Part shown: in pieces, positions 49,186 to 61,106 of the stretch
Position numbering within the stretch: position 1 is the stretch's first letter
Layout: each line of letters opens with the position of its first letter
Notes under the pieces: generated by a model
What the model was told of the DNA's origin: nothing
Database searches by the model: none
What the model saw: the letters and a program-made list of their open reading frames with translations, nothing else
NCBI RefSeq assembly: GCF_006345805.1
Contig: NC_043007.1
Coordinates: forward strand, 54,808,001-54,872,000
Direction of reading: 5' to 3'
Origin: Octopus sinensis
Lineage: Eukaryota
DNA: 64,000 nucleotides
Made by a program: the position numbers and the translations under genes

Positions 49186-52034
49186 GGTATTGGTTCTACC
49201 AGCTTGCCACCTTATATAAAGAAATAATAAGTATAACATTAAAGCAGTTTGCTGGTAAACGTGCTAGCATGCTGACCAGAATACTTAGAGACATTTTTAT
49301 CTGTCAAATTCTGCCGAGGCTGACTTTGCCTTTCATCCTTTCAGTACCAGTTGTGCACCGAGGCTCATGTAATTGACTTTCCCATCCCTACGAACTTCCT
49401 GACCTTGGACCAAAATCTGAAACCAATATTTAGTATAACATTTATATTCCTTTTTAAAAATAGTAGACCGAAATACTAAAAAAAAAATTTCAATCTAATA
49501 TTATTATGTAGTTTTGGTTTATTACGATATTTATTTTGCAGACAGCCATCAAAAGTCTTTTTAAAGAGAATTACATTCAGTTTTATATACTCAAGATATT
49601 TAAAGCAAATATCGTAACAGAGTTACCCTTCGTGGCAGCAGCTGCAGAGCAGTGATTGGCTGCAGACTTTGTTGTTTTTACCAATTAAAATCTCATCTAG
49701 AATTAATGTGAGTTGTCTTTCATAACCGGTGTATTTCACCCGCTAGAAATTTACTTGGATTGTTTTGGTATTTTTAAAACAATTTATATAATTATAATAA
49801 GAACAACATCATCCTAAATACAACATGAAGGGTCGATTTAGCACCATTGATGTGAATGTTGTTGTTAAAGACCTTCAAAAGTAAGTTTTTCTTGTTTATC
49901 AATTTCTGCTGGTGAATAGTGATTGATCAGTATTGACATCTGACTAGCACATCTGTTATTCTCTGTTGTAAATAAGAACAATATCACACATGATGAGATT
50001 AATTGTCCGATTAATTAATTACGGCAAAAATAATCGTAACTCGCCCTCCACCGTACCTTTTTTTCCTTAGAGTGCACCAGGAACACATCGAATGTGTCGA
50101 TTTTCTGAACGGTTGATGCGATTTGATTGCTATTTCTAGCAAGCTTGATGACTCTTATAGACACCCTCTGATTAGTGTGGTGACAATTTCTAATATAATT
50201 CTATGTAATTTTGTTTACTTTTCTGTATATTTTAGACATAGTTTGTTGTCGCAATTGACTACTGTGTGGGGGTGGTGTAATTACAGTAACGCTTTTTAGA
50301 GCAGTATAAAGGAGGCACACACGTGTGTGTATTTACTCGTGTATAAGTCACACCCTAATTTAGTGTTAAACCTTGGTACAAATGTTTTTCCTTCATAGTT
50401 TTAGCTTTACTCTCGAGTATAAGTTATAGCCTAGTTTTTCAGTTAAAATCCTGTATAAATACAGCGACTTGTATGACGTGCAGAGTTACAACATAATTTT
50501 AATGAAATGAGGAATGTTTAAAAACATGGCTTTTTCCAGAAATACCGAAACGAAAAAGAAATATTGTCGTAGAACAGGAGCTACGAAAGTTGCCAATCTG
50601 GCGGAATTCTGGTTTAAACACCCCATATAATCCCTCATAGCTTATTTATTTTTGAAACTTTGTGTTCTACACACGGGAATTCATACGATTATGAAAAAAA
50701 ATTTTGTGTGATTTAAGTGCGATTTAGCTGTTATTTTTTAACACAACTCACGACCACCCGATACCTTCCTTGTTTCATTGTCACTCTGACATATATTGAT
50801 GCTTTTCAATATTTTCCTTTCCGTAAACACATTTAATGGAATGATGATGCGTCTAGGGGTTTTCAGATATTTCAGAAAATTTTTGCGAATTTCTGTTGTA
50901 CATGGGAATTCATACCATTATGAAAACAATTTCTTTTTGAATTTTTTAAGGCCTCCACCTCATAAATCCTAATTGTTCCACTCTTTTTCAAAATTTTTTT
51001 AAAAATCAGAGTTTAAAATACGGACAGTATTTTTTGCTTAAATCCCAGCAATGGACGACTCTTGGGTACATCATCATTCCATTAAATGTGCTTCGGCCAC
51101 ACGAATTTGAATATGTAAAATAACAAGACAAGTGCCATTGCACAAATCTACCAGAAGCTGAATTTTATTTCCAGTTGTCTTACAAAAAAATTGTCAGTTC
51201 AAAGGAAATGGAAGAGATGAAAGTAGGAGGATAAGTATCTTCATTAGAAGTATTCAAAGAGAGAATATCAGTAATACCATGTGAAATTGCCATTTTTAAA
51301 CACAAATTAGTTGGAACCACACATATGAAAGGATATGAAAAGATGAACTGCAATGAACTCAGAAAGTTTCTGGATAAAATTTGCTTTGGAATCATTCATT
51401 TGAGAGAAGAAACTTTCCTCAATGTTGAAAGTTATTTTGCACAGACGAAAGATATGCCTAAGCTGTTAAAAGTCATGCTAACAACCTTACAATATCATAG
51501 CTTCAACAGGTAGGAGTTGTGGTGGTAAAATTAATAAGCAGCAATGTCTGCCCCCTCTGATCTTCCCTCACTGATGTAGAGGTGATGAGTTGCGTCTGTT
51601 GTTGCAGTTTTTGCTGGCTTTTTCCTGAGTTGAATATCACCAAATATTCCTAGGTGAAGATGTATGCTTGAGTGTCACCATTTTTGTGACTTTACTGGCC
51701 TGTTTTTGAGTCAAGGGTCACCAATGTTGCTGGTGAAGATGATCATCCTGTGTCAGTAATGTTACTGGAGTGCTTGTCACTCAAGTTATGTTGGCCAATG
51801 AAGATATTTATTTATGAAGTTCAATCTGTCATTGCCTACAGGCATAGCTGAGTTCAATCCCAGGCAAGTCACTATGGTGAACCACAAGGCACCTGAAGAA
51901 GGCTGCAGCATACAACTGCTGAAACATAGTGAAAGCGACAATGAAGATGAGGATACCAGTCTGACAGTAAACAGTGTACATAATATAAGCTCATCACCTC
52001 AAAAATATAGAATGTTATTATTATTATTAGATCC

Positions 52035-52575
52035 ATTTTCATCATCCTCATTTAACATCTGCTTTCCATGCTGGCATGGATTACACTATTTGACTGGAGC
52101 TCATGAGCTGGAGAGCTGCACCAGATTCCAGTTTAATCTGGCATGGTTTCTACAGCTGGATGCCCTTCCTAACACCAAGGCGTGTAATGGGTGCTGTTAT
52201 GTGCCACTGGCATGGATGACATTTACATGACACCAGCGATGACTATGACTACAATTCATGGGTGCCATTTACATGGCACTGGCAATGACCACAACTACGA
52301 TTCATGGGTGCCATTTACATGGCATCAGCAATGACCATGATTCATGGGTGCTATTTACATGGTACTGTTGATGAGCATGCTCACGGGCGCCATTTACATG
52401 GATCTGCCAATGACCACAATTCCTGGGTGCCATTTATATGGCACTGTGATTCACAGGTGCCATTTACATGACACTGGCACGACTGCAACTACGATTTCAC
52501 TTGGCCTGATGAGTCTTCTCATGCACAACATATTGGCAGAGGTCTTAATCACTTGTCATAACCTCCGTGAGGCTC
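52035..52575 (-). mobile_element. RTE 3' UTR fragment with an internal ~40-bp tandem repeat
   Basis: Family tail plus repeated GATTCATGGGTGCCATTTACATGGCAC units (~52200-52480). Confidence 0.7.
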
Positions 52576-53161
52576 AACGTTCAACGATCATGCTTCACCA
52601 TCATTTTCATAATTATTATGATCATTATTATTATTCAAGTTGCTACCGTTATGAATATTCATCATCATAATCTATTATTATTATTATTAGTAGTAGTATT
52701 TAGAATAGAAGTGGTATTCATCTTATTTCTATTATTGTTATTATTATTAGTATAATAATTATTAATGATATTTATTTTTTTATAGTTTAAGAAAAATATA
52801 ATATCACTTAAGTTAGATGTTGCAGAATAAGAGAATTTTATTATGTGTCTTTTGAATATTTTATGGTATTATTAGGAGGAAAATGTTTCTTTAATGCATG
52901 AAAGATTAAAGAAGGCAATTTAGTAGATACATGAATGCTAATGGGAGCTTTATACTATATAATTTTCCTATTGAATCATTTACTTGATTTGTAATTATTT
53001 TCATTTTTATTATTGTACTTGGTTATAATTTTTAAAAGATAATATATGTTTTAATTTTTAACATATATTATCTTTTAAAAGATAATATATGTTATCAGGC
53101 GGTGAAGCATGATCTGTTATAATTTTTAAAAGATAATATATACTCTTTTCTCTTTTTTTTT

Positions 53162-53564
53162 ACTCTTTTTACTTGTTTCAGTCATTTGACTGCGGCCATG
53201 CTGGAGCACCGCCTTTAGTCAAGCAAATCGACCCCGGGACTTGTTCTTTGTAAGCCCAGTACTTATTCTATCGGTCTCTTTTGCCGAACCGCTAAGTTAC
53301 GGGGACGTAAACACACCAGCATCGGTTGTCAAGCAATGCTAGGGGAACAAACACAGACACACAAACATATTCACACACACTTATATATATATACATATAT
53401 ACGACAGGCTTCTTTCAGTTTCCGTCTACCAAATCCACTCACAAGGCATTGGTCGGCCCGGGGCTATAGCAGAAGACACATGCCCAAGATGCCATGCAGT
53501 GGGACTGAACCCGGAACCATGTGGTTGGTTAGCAAGCTACTTACCAAACAGCCACTCCTGCGCC
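53162..53564 (-). mobile_element. SINE family 1, full length
   Basis: Near-perfect reverse complement of 8492-8888. Confidence 0.88.
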
Positions 53565-53879
53565 TATGTTGAATTTTATTGTCAAATTTATTAATATTAA
53601 CAATTATTGCTGTTATTATGGCAACAAATTTTTTATTATAACTAAATATGTTATTGTTAATTTTATGCTCATCATTATTATTCCTACTATCATCAAGGGT
53701 CCTAGACACTTTGGAAAATGTCCATAGAGCTGTCACGAAGTGGATGGAGCACTACAAGTGCATTGAAGTTAGTGGATTCCACTTTGAAGGAGATTAGAAT
53801 TTAGTATTTCTATGAAGTAAATAAATGTCTCTCCTGAAAATGTTTGAAAACTTCAGGAATGGACCTTGTCTATATATTT

Positions 53880-54840
53880 GGCAATGACAAATGACTGAGA
53901 CCTTCAGCAATATGCTGTGCTTGAGTTGAAGACCCATCAAGTGAAATCATAGTCGTGACAGATACTGATGTCACACAACTGGCATGTGTACCGGCAGCAT
54001 GTAAAAGCACCCATTACACTCTCAGAGTGGTTGGTATTAGGAAGGGCATCCAGCCATAGAAATCATGCCAAATCAGATTGGAGACTGATGCAGCCCCTCA
54101 GCTTACCAGTCCTGGTCAAACTATCCAATCCATGCCAGCATGGACAATGGATGTTAAATGATGATAATGATATATATATAGTGAGAGGCAGACTGTATGA
54201 TACCTGTCTGCAAACAGCTATGCTACATGGCAGTGAAACATGGGCTGTGACTGCTGAGAACCTGTGTAGGCTTGAAAGAAATTAAGCTAGCATGCTTCAC
54301 TGTATTTGCAATTTCAGTGTGCATGTACAACAAAGTATAAGCATCTGAGAGAAAAGTTGGGCATAAGAGGCATCAGATGTAGTGTGCAAAAGAGATGACT
54401 GTGTTGGTATGGTCATGTGATGCATATGGATGAAGACAGCTGTGTAAAGATGTGCTGATTGCTAACTGTGGAGGGGACCTGTGAAAGAGGTTCACCTAGG
54501 AAGACATGGGATGAGGTGGTGAAACATGATTTTTGAATGTTGGATCTTATGGAGGTAATGACTAGTGACTGAGACTTTTGCGATATACTGTGCTCGAGAA
54601 GACCCGTCAAGCCAAGTGAAATTGAAGTTGTGGCTGATGCCGGTGTCATGTAACTGGCACCCATGCTGGTGGCATGTAAAAAGCACCTTTTGAGTGTTGG
54701 GCCTCACAGAAGGAAGGGCATCCAACTGTAGAAACCATGCCAAATCATACTGGTGTCTGTGCAGCTCCTCAGCTTGTCAACCCTGGTCAAACTGTCCAAC
54801 CCATGCCAGTATGGACAATGGACGTTAAATGATGATGATG
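53880..54840 (+). mobile_element. Two RTE 3' fragments in tandem
   Basis: QTAMLHGSETWAVTAENLCRLERN, a WYGHV-like stretch and RKTWDEVVKHD, with two family tails. Confidence 0.78.
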
Positions 54841-55231
54841 ATATATATATATGTATATATATCAAAGAAAATAAGATGATGAAGGAATAAATGATTATCT
54901 TATGAATTTCAATAACTTAGTTGTTTCTGTTATAAGATGCAGTGGATTCATATATGCATAAATGTTATTCTTTTCCAAAATACACTGTACTTCATATTCG
55001 AGGCTTTGATGAAGCTATAAGGTGTTATTCAAGCACTCAGTTAAGTTCTACACTAGGTTATTAGTCTTGCAATGCTTAAGCGAAATATATATAAATATAG
55101 ATTATCACAACTGTCTGATGAGTAAGTAACAGTTTGTGGAGATTTTTTCAGCTTTAATAAAATAGCATATGTGTGTGTGTGTGTGTCTGTATATTTGTGT
55201 GCATTTATATATGTATATATTTTAATATATG

Positions 55232-55365
55232 TGCAGGTGCATGTGTAGTAAGGAGCTTGCTTCCCATCTTAATGGTTCTGGGTTCAGGCCCATCGAGTGG
55301 TACCTTAGGATCGACCAAAGCCTTGTGAGTGGATTTTGTAGAAAGAAGCCTGTCATATGTGTGTG

Positions 55366-55396
<31 letters not shown>

Positions 55397-55540
55397 AACT
55401 TTGTGTTTGTTCCCACTACTGCTTGACAACTGATGTTGGTGTTTTTATTGGTAACTTAGTGGTTTCCTGAAAGTGATCGATAGGCTTAAAAAGTAAAAAT
55501 AAATACTGGTGTTGATTCATTTGACTTAAAATTCTTCAAG
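55232..55540 (+). mobile_element. Degenerate SINE family 1 copy
   Basis: Similar to 8492-8888. Confidence 0.65.
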
Positions 55541-55559
55541 TATCTAAATAATACTTAAT

Positions 55560-56766
55560 GCATCTGCTAACACGAATAGGTTAAATTCTAGTATCCAAAA
55601 CATTCAGTCCGAATCACTAGTCCAGGTAAGGTCAGTTCCACAAAATATAAGTCCCTGTTATATGCATATTAGATTTCACAGTGTTTACATTCCTAGAAAA
55701 TGCTCATTATGCATTAATGAGATTTTCTTTTTAATTAAGGCTAATTTACCTATTATTAACAATCTTAAGGAACAAAATGTTTTATGCCTTCATAGACTAG
55801 CGTATACTTTCTCTAGATACAAATAATACTTAGTTCTAAATACCATTCAAAATAGACATAATTAGTTGTTAAAGGCTTATTTACTTTATTTATTTAAGAA
55901 TACTAAATGGTAATGAGTTATGGGCATATTATTTTTGTACATCTATGTATAAGTGTATAATATGTATAATATAAGTATTTGTATATGAATATTTGTGTAT
56001 TTATATATTTTGATATAAAGTTTTTTTTTTGGTGTGCATATTGGTATTTTTATACTGGTCTTTATTTTTATGTATATTGATATGTATTTACTTTTGGATT
56101 TCAGTATATTGTTATGTACATAGTATGAGTCAATGTACTAAACATATTGTGGTCACTATTGGATTTGTATATGTGTGGATACATGCGTATATATATATAT
56201 ATTTTTATTTATTCATGTAGGTTTATTTGTGTGCATGCATGTGGTGGTCTTTAGTATTATTGTGTTTTTCTGTATGTACATATTTGTATTTTTTATATGC
56301 TGGTACTTGTTCGTAATTATACCTTTATATTGATGTATATTGAGTCGTATTCAATTTTGGTTTTCAGTATATGGTTATACACTTAGTATGAGTCAATGTA
56401 CTGAACATATTGTGGTTACTAATAGATTTGTATATGTGTGGATGCATGTGTATATATTTATTTTATTTTATTATTTTATTTTATCTAGTTTCAGCTCACG
56501 AGCTGTGGCCATGCTGGGGCACTGCCATTATATATATATATATATTTTATATTTATTTATTTATTTTTTTATATATTCATGTATGTCTATTTGTGTACAT
56601 GCATGTGATAGTTTTAAGTATTATTTTATGTTATCTTCTTGTATATTGGATATTATATATGGACTTCAGTAAACTTTTGTATAGGTGATGTTTGTACTGG
56701 TCTGTAAGTATGTAGGAATATATGTGTGTATATATCAATGTATGTATGTGTGTTTATATGTAAGTG

Positions 56767-56797
<31 letters not shown>

Positions 56798-57190
56798 GTA
56801 TATATATATATGTATAGGCCTGACGAGGCCTTTGGTTATTTAAACAGACAAATATAATCTTTAATGCCTAGGACTATATTACAATGGCATCTATAGGCAA
56901 TTTAAGTTGGATTGTCTCTTGACCATAGGCTGAAACAGCTGTAAGGAGCAGTTTATTTGTATTATTTTATTTTATTATTAATTTGCATATTGATGTATAT
57001 TGTTTTGTTTGATTTTCATGTTCCTATTTGTATAATTAATAAAAATGTGAAATTGTAATATCCGTAAGTTGATGATCGAAATGAATTTGTTTCTCCATTA
57101 TCTTATCTGTATTATGAATTAACGGTAAAATATTTTTACCTTCACCCATTCAATACAATAAATGAAATAATTGCATTGCAATTATAAGCA
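55560..57190 (+). mobile_element. PLE 3' fragment with a microsatellite-rich pLTR and a hammerhead relic
   Basis: One frame reads KCSLCINEIFFLIK..INNLKEQNVLCLHR (PLE C-terminal CxxC/CxH pattern); CTGACGA at 56820 and GAAACAGCTGTA at 56932. Confidence 0.55.
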
Positions 57191-57256
57191 TTTTTTTTTC
57201 GAATTTAAAGTTCTTTTTATCATTTCCAAATTAAAGTTTTCACAATAACTTTTCTT

Positions 57257-58753
57257 TTATATATACTCCATTATCTCTACCAAATCTTGGTAAATTTCCA
57301 TCGTTCGTGGCCACCTTGTAAGTCGGCATTTCATATGTTTTGACACGTTCTTGCCAGCTGCCTCGATGAACGCCTCAGCGTTGTTCTCGTGGACAAGTGT
57401 ACCTGTTTCTTTCCATTCGGTGCCCATCCTGACCCACGTATATCCATCTGATTGGTTTATTAAATCTTCCATCTCCTCACAATGCCTGTGATGGATCAAC
57501 GTTCCATAGTATTTGAATTTTCTATTCGTACCTGCATTTTCTCTAGTTTTTCTCTTAGGACTTACTTCCTCTTTTTTCTCCTCTCTCGGTTTCTCTCTTT
57601 CTCTCTTTTTGCTTTCTCTTCTTTCTTTTTCCTTCTCTTGTCTTTTTGGCTCTTTGTCTGTCGTCTCTCTACCCTGTGCCTTATGTTCCTTTCCTGTTGT
57701 TTCTTTTCCTTTTTGCATACCATCTTTTCCTTTCTCTTGGTTCTGTTCCTTCTCTTGTTCTTTTCCTGTTTTTTCTCTTTCCTTTAATTTACTTTCCTTT
57801 TCTTTCTCTTGCTTCTGCCTTGGCTCCTTCTCCACTACTTCTCCACCCTGTGAATTTTGCTCCTTTTCTACTATCTTCTTCCCTTTGTTTTCATTTTCCT
57901 TCAGTGCACTGTTACTTCCCTTCTCTTGTTGTTTCTCCGTTATTTCCTTTTCCTTGTTCTTTCCTTCATGTTCTTTTTCCTTCTTTTTTTTGTTCTCTCC
58001 ACTTTGTATCTCTTTTTGCTCCATTTCCCTCTCCGCTGTGAATTCATATAGCGGACATTCCTTTTTTATGTGCCCTCTTGACCCGCACAAGTAGCAATTC
58101 GGTTTTCTCCCCTCCACAATTACACTAATTGTTTTCTTGTTTTCTATTTCTATTTGGAAGGGAAACCGGTCGATGTCTTCCATTGTGGCCATCAGCCATA
58201 ACTCCACTCCGAATCCCTTCCAATTTACAACGTTGGTCTCCTTGATTGACCCTATCTCTACTTCCTCCTTTGCTGACCCTAAAATGGCTGTTACCAGCAT
58301 TTCTGTTTTTATTTCTGGGGGCACCTTTGGGACTCTTACCCGTACCCCTCGTCTTCCTTTATAAGTCAGCTACATAGTGAAATTTTTGTCTTTCAGTACA
58401 GTGGAAGCTAACGAGGCTGCCACTTCCTTTGTTGCGCATCTTACCTCCACCGTACCATATTTCTTTCCTCTGTCTACAAAAGTTGCTTTTTTCATAATGT
58501 CCCCCAGACATTTCTCTATTTCTTCAATCGTCACTCTCACCAGTTTTCTCGTGTTCCTATCTTGCGTTCTATACATTATTGTCTTGTTATTTCTCTCTTC
58601 TATTGTTTCCACAGGCGGAACCAGCTTTACGCTGTCACCCTCCCTTTTGACGAACTTCTTGTATTCCTTCAATTGTTCTTTTCTAAAGAACACTTCTCTT
58701 ATTCTAAGAGACTCATCACTTTTTGTTGTGGCGACCCCCGCGTAAGTCTCCAT
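57257..58753 (-). pseudogene. ORF1/gag-like CCHC protein, unit C; single premature TAG at 58370-58372
   Basis: ORFs 58370-58753 and 57257-58324 share a frame; TGG in the paralogs is TAG here. CYLCGSRGHIKKECP. Confidence 0.85.
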
Positions 58754-59270
58754 GACTTGAGGGTCGACACACCTTCTATAAAAGGTTCAAACACGCAGTG
58801 GCAAACGCCTCGCGCGATTCAATTTTTGACAATTTTTTAACAGTTTTTTTCCAAATTTTTCACATACAAAATAACTAACCAACACACTCAATGAAGACTG
58901 GAATTATTTTATTATTACCCACAAGGGGCGAACATAGAGGGGACAGTACAATCGGGGAAAAAAAATAGAATAATGAAATATGTATAAATGTGGTGTAATG
59001 CACCACCCGATCCCCGAAATCAGGTGGTTACATTTCGTCATTTTTAATTACATTTTATAATGTTTTCAAAAGTAACAAATTCATTTTTCAGCATTTCGCA
59101 ATACATTTCAATACATTTCAAAATAGAATTTCAAAATACATTATCAATTACAGAAAAATTGTTTTCACAAATTCACATATAAATCTTCCGCAATACATCT
59201 TTAAGATTTCAAAATACATTTAAAATAAACAAAAGTCTTTCCAAATTCTCTTTTTTTTTTCCTTATAATT

Positions 59271-60704
59271 TTAAATTAGTTCCATTACCTTTGTCAGGTC
59301 ATTGTAATTTTCCATCTCTCGTGGGTACCTTAGCAGTCGGCACTTTGTGTGTCTTGTTACGTTCATACCAGCGGCCTCGATAAACGCATCGGCGTTGTCT
59401 TCATGGACCAGTGCACCCGTTTCCTTCCACTCCGTGCCCATCCTGACCCATGAATATCCCTCCATTTCACTTATTAATTCCTCCATCTCCCCACAGTGTC
59501 TGTATTGAACCAATGTTCCGTAAAATTTGTACCTTCTATTTGACCCTATGTTTTCTTTAGTTTTCCTCTTCGGACTTACTTCTTCTTTACCTTCCTCTCT
59601 CGGTTTTTCTCTTTCTCTCTTTTTGCTTTCCTTTTCTTTTTCCTTCTCTTGTCTTTTTGGTTCTTTGTCTGTTGTATGTTCTTTTCCTGTTTTTTCTTTT
59701 TCTTTTTGTGTAACAGCCTTTCCTTTCTCTTGATTCTGTTCCTTCTCTTGTTTTTTTCCTGTTTTTTCTCTTTCCTTTATTTTACTTTCTTTTTCTTTCT
59801 CTATTACCTGTGACTTTTGTTCTTTTTCTATTAATTTCTTCCCTTTGCTTTCATTTTCCTTCTGTGTATTGTTATTTCCTTTTACCGTTGTTTCCTTTTC
59901 CTTGCTTTCTTTCTCCTTTAGAGTATTGTTCCCTTCTTCGGGTTCTTTTTCTTTCTCTTTTTTGTTTTCCTCTGCTTTTTCACACTCCGCCACGAATTCG
60001 TATAGCGGACATTCTTTTTTAATGTGACCTCTTGTCCCACATAAATAACAATTGGGTTTCCTCCCCTCAACGATTACGCAGAGGGTTCTTCCATCTTCTA
60101 CTTCTATTTGGAAGGGAATTCGTTCTATATCGCTGTTTGTGGCCGTCAGCCACATCTCTACTCCGAATCCCTTCCATTTCACTATGCTAGTCTCCTTTAT
60201 CGATCCAATTTCTATATCTTCCTCTGCTGATCCTAGGATGGCTGTTACCAGCCATTCTGTTTTTAAATCTGGGGGTATATTTGGGATTTTAACCCGTACC
60301 CCTCTTTTCCCTTTGTAGGTAGGCCACATGACGAAGCTTTCGGCTCTGAGTACGGTGGTAGCTAGCGAGGCCGCAACTTTTGTTGCGTGCTTCACCTCCA
60401 CCGTACCATATTTCTTGCCTCTGCACACAAAGGTAGCCTTTTTCATAACGTCGTCCAGACATTTTTCTATGTCTTCTATTGCTATTCTTGATAGCTTTCT
60501 TGTGGTCGTGTCCTGTGTTCTATAAATTATAGTTTTGTCCTCTTTTTCCTCCTTTGCTTCAGCAGGGGGGACCAGCTTCACTCTGTCACCTTCCCTTTCA
60601 ATGAATTTCTCAAATTCCTCTAGCTGTTCTTTTTTAAAGAACACCTCTCTTACTGTCAGCGGCGTATCGCTTTTCATTTCGGCGACCCCCGCGTAAGTCT
60701 CCAT
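59271..60704 (-). CDS. ORF1/gag-like CCHC zinc-knuckle protein, unit B, intact (477 aa from the ATG shared with the paralogs)
   Basis: METYAGVA... start aligned with units A and C; GKKYGTVEV, VRVKIPNIPP, VIVEGRKPNCYLCGTRGHIKKECP, a K/E-rich linker and a conserved C-terminal block. Confidence 0.85.
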   Translation of the reverse strand: METYAGVAEMKSDTPLTVREVFFKKEQLEEFEKFIEREGDRVKLVPPAEAKEEKEDKTIIYRTQDTTTRKLSRIAIEDIEKCLDDVMKKATFVCRGKKYGTVEVKHATKVAASLATTVLRAESFVMWPTYKGKRGVRVKIPNIPPDLKTEWLVTAILGSAEEDIEIGSIKETSIVKWKGFGVEMWLTATNSDIERIPFQIEVEDGRTLCVIVEGRKPNCYLCGTRGHIKKECPLYEFVAECEKAEENKKEKEKEPEEGNNTLKEKESKEKETTVKGNNNTQKENESKGKKLIEKEQKSQVIEKEKESKIKEREKTGKKQEKEQNQEKGKAVTQKEKEKTGKEHTTDKEPKRQEKEKEKESKKREREKPREEGKEEVSPKRKTKENIGSNRRYKFYGTLVQYRHCGEMEELISEMEGYSWVRMGTEWKETGALVHEDNADAFIEAAGMNVTRHTKCRLLRYPREMENYNDLTKVMELI

Positions 60705-61106
60705 GACTTGAGGGTCGGCGCACCTTCTACAAAAAGTTTTCAATGCGCAGCGGCAAATGCCTCGCATGATTCAAATTTCGATTTCTATATACAAAAATTA
60801 CCAATTACTTAACACACTCAATGAAGACTGGAATTGTTTTATTCCTACCCACAAGGGGCAACATAGAGGGGACAATACAATCGGGAAAAATAAAATAATG
60901 AGTTATGAAGTTTGTACAATGTGGTGTAAATCGAGCAGTTACATTTCGTCATTTTTTTATTACGTCAACAATATTTTCCAAATAAAAACATTTTACACAT
61001 TTTCTACATACATTTCAAAAATTTTACAAAGTTCAACATTTATTTTTCCAGAATTTAAAGTTCTTTTTATCATTTCCAAATTAAAGTTTTCACAATACCT
61101 TTTCTT

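Noticed and set aside
51890-51935. CTGAAGA..GAAACATAGTG hammerhead-like motif
   Set aside because: Stem II pairs poorly and the triplet is GUG.
60705-60767. 21-codon N-terminal extension of unit B (MRGICRC...)
   Set aside because: The paralogs start at the downstream METY/MKTY ATG, and the upstream ATG is not conserved.
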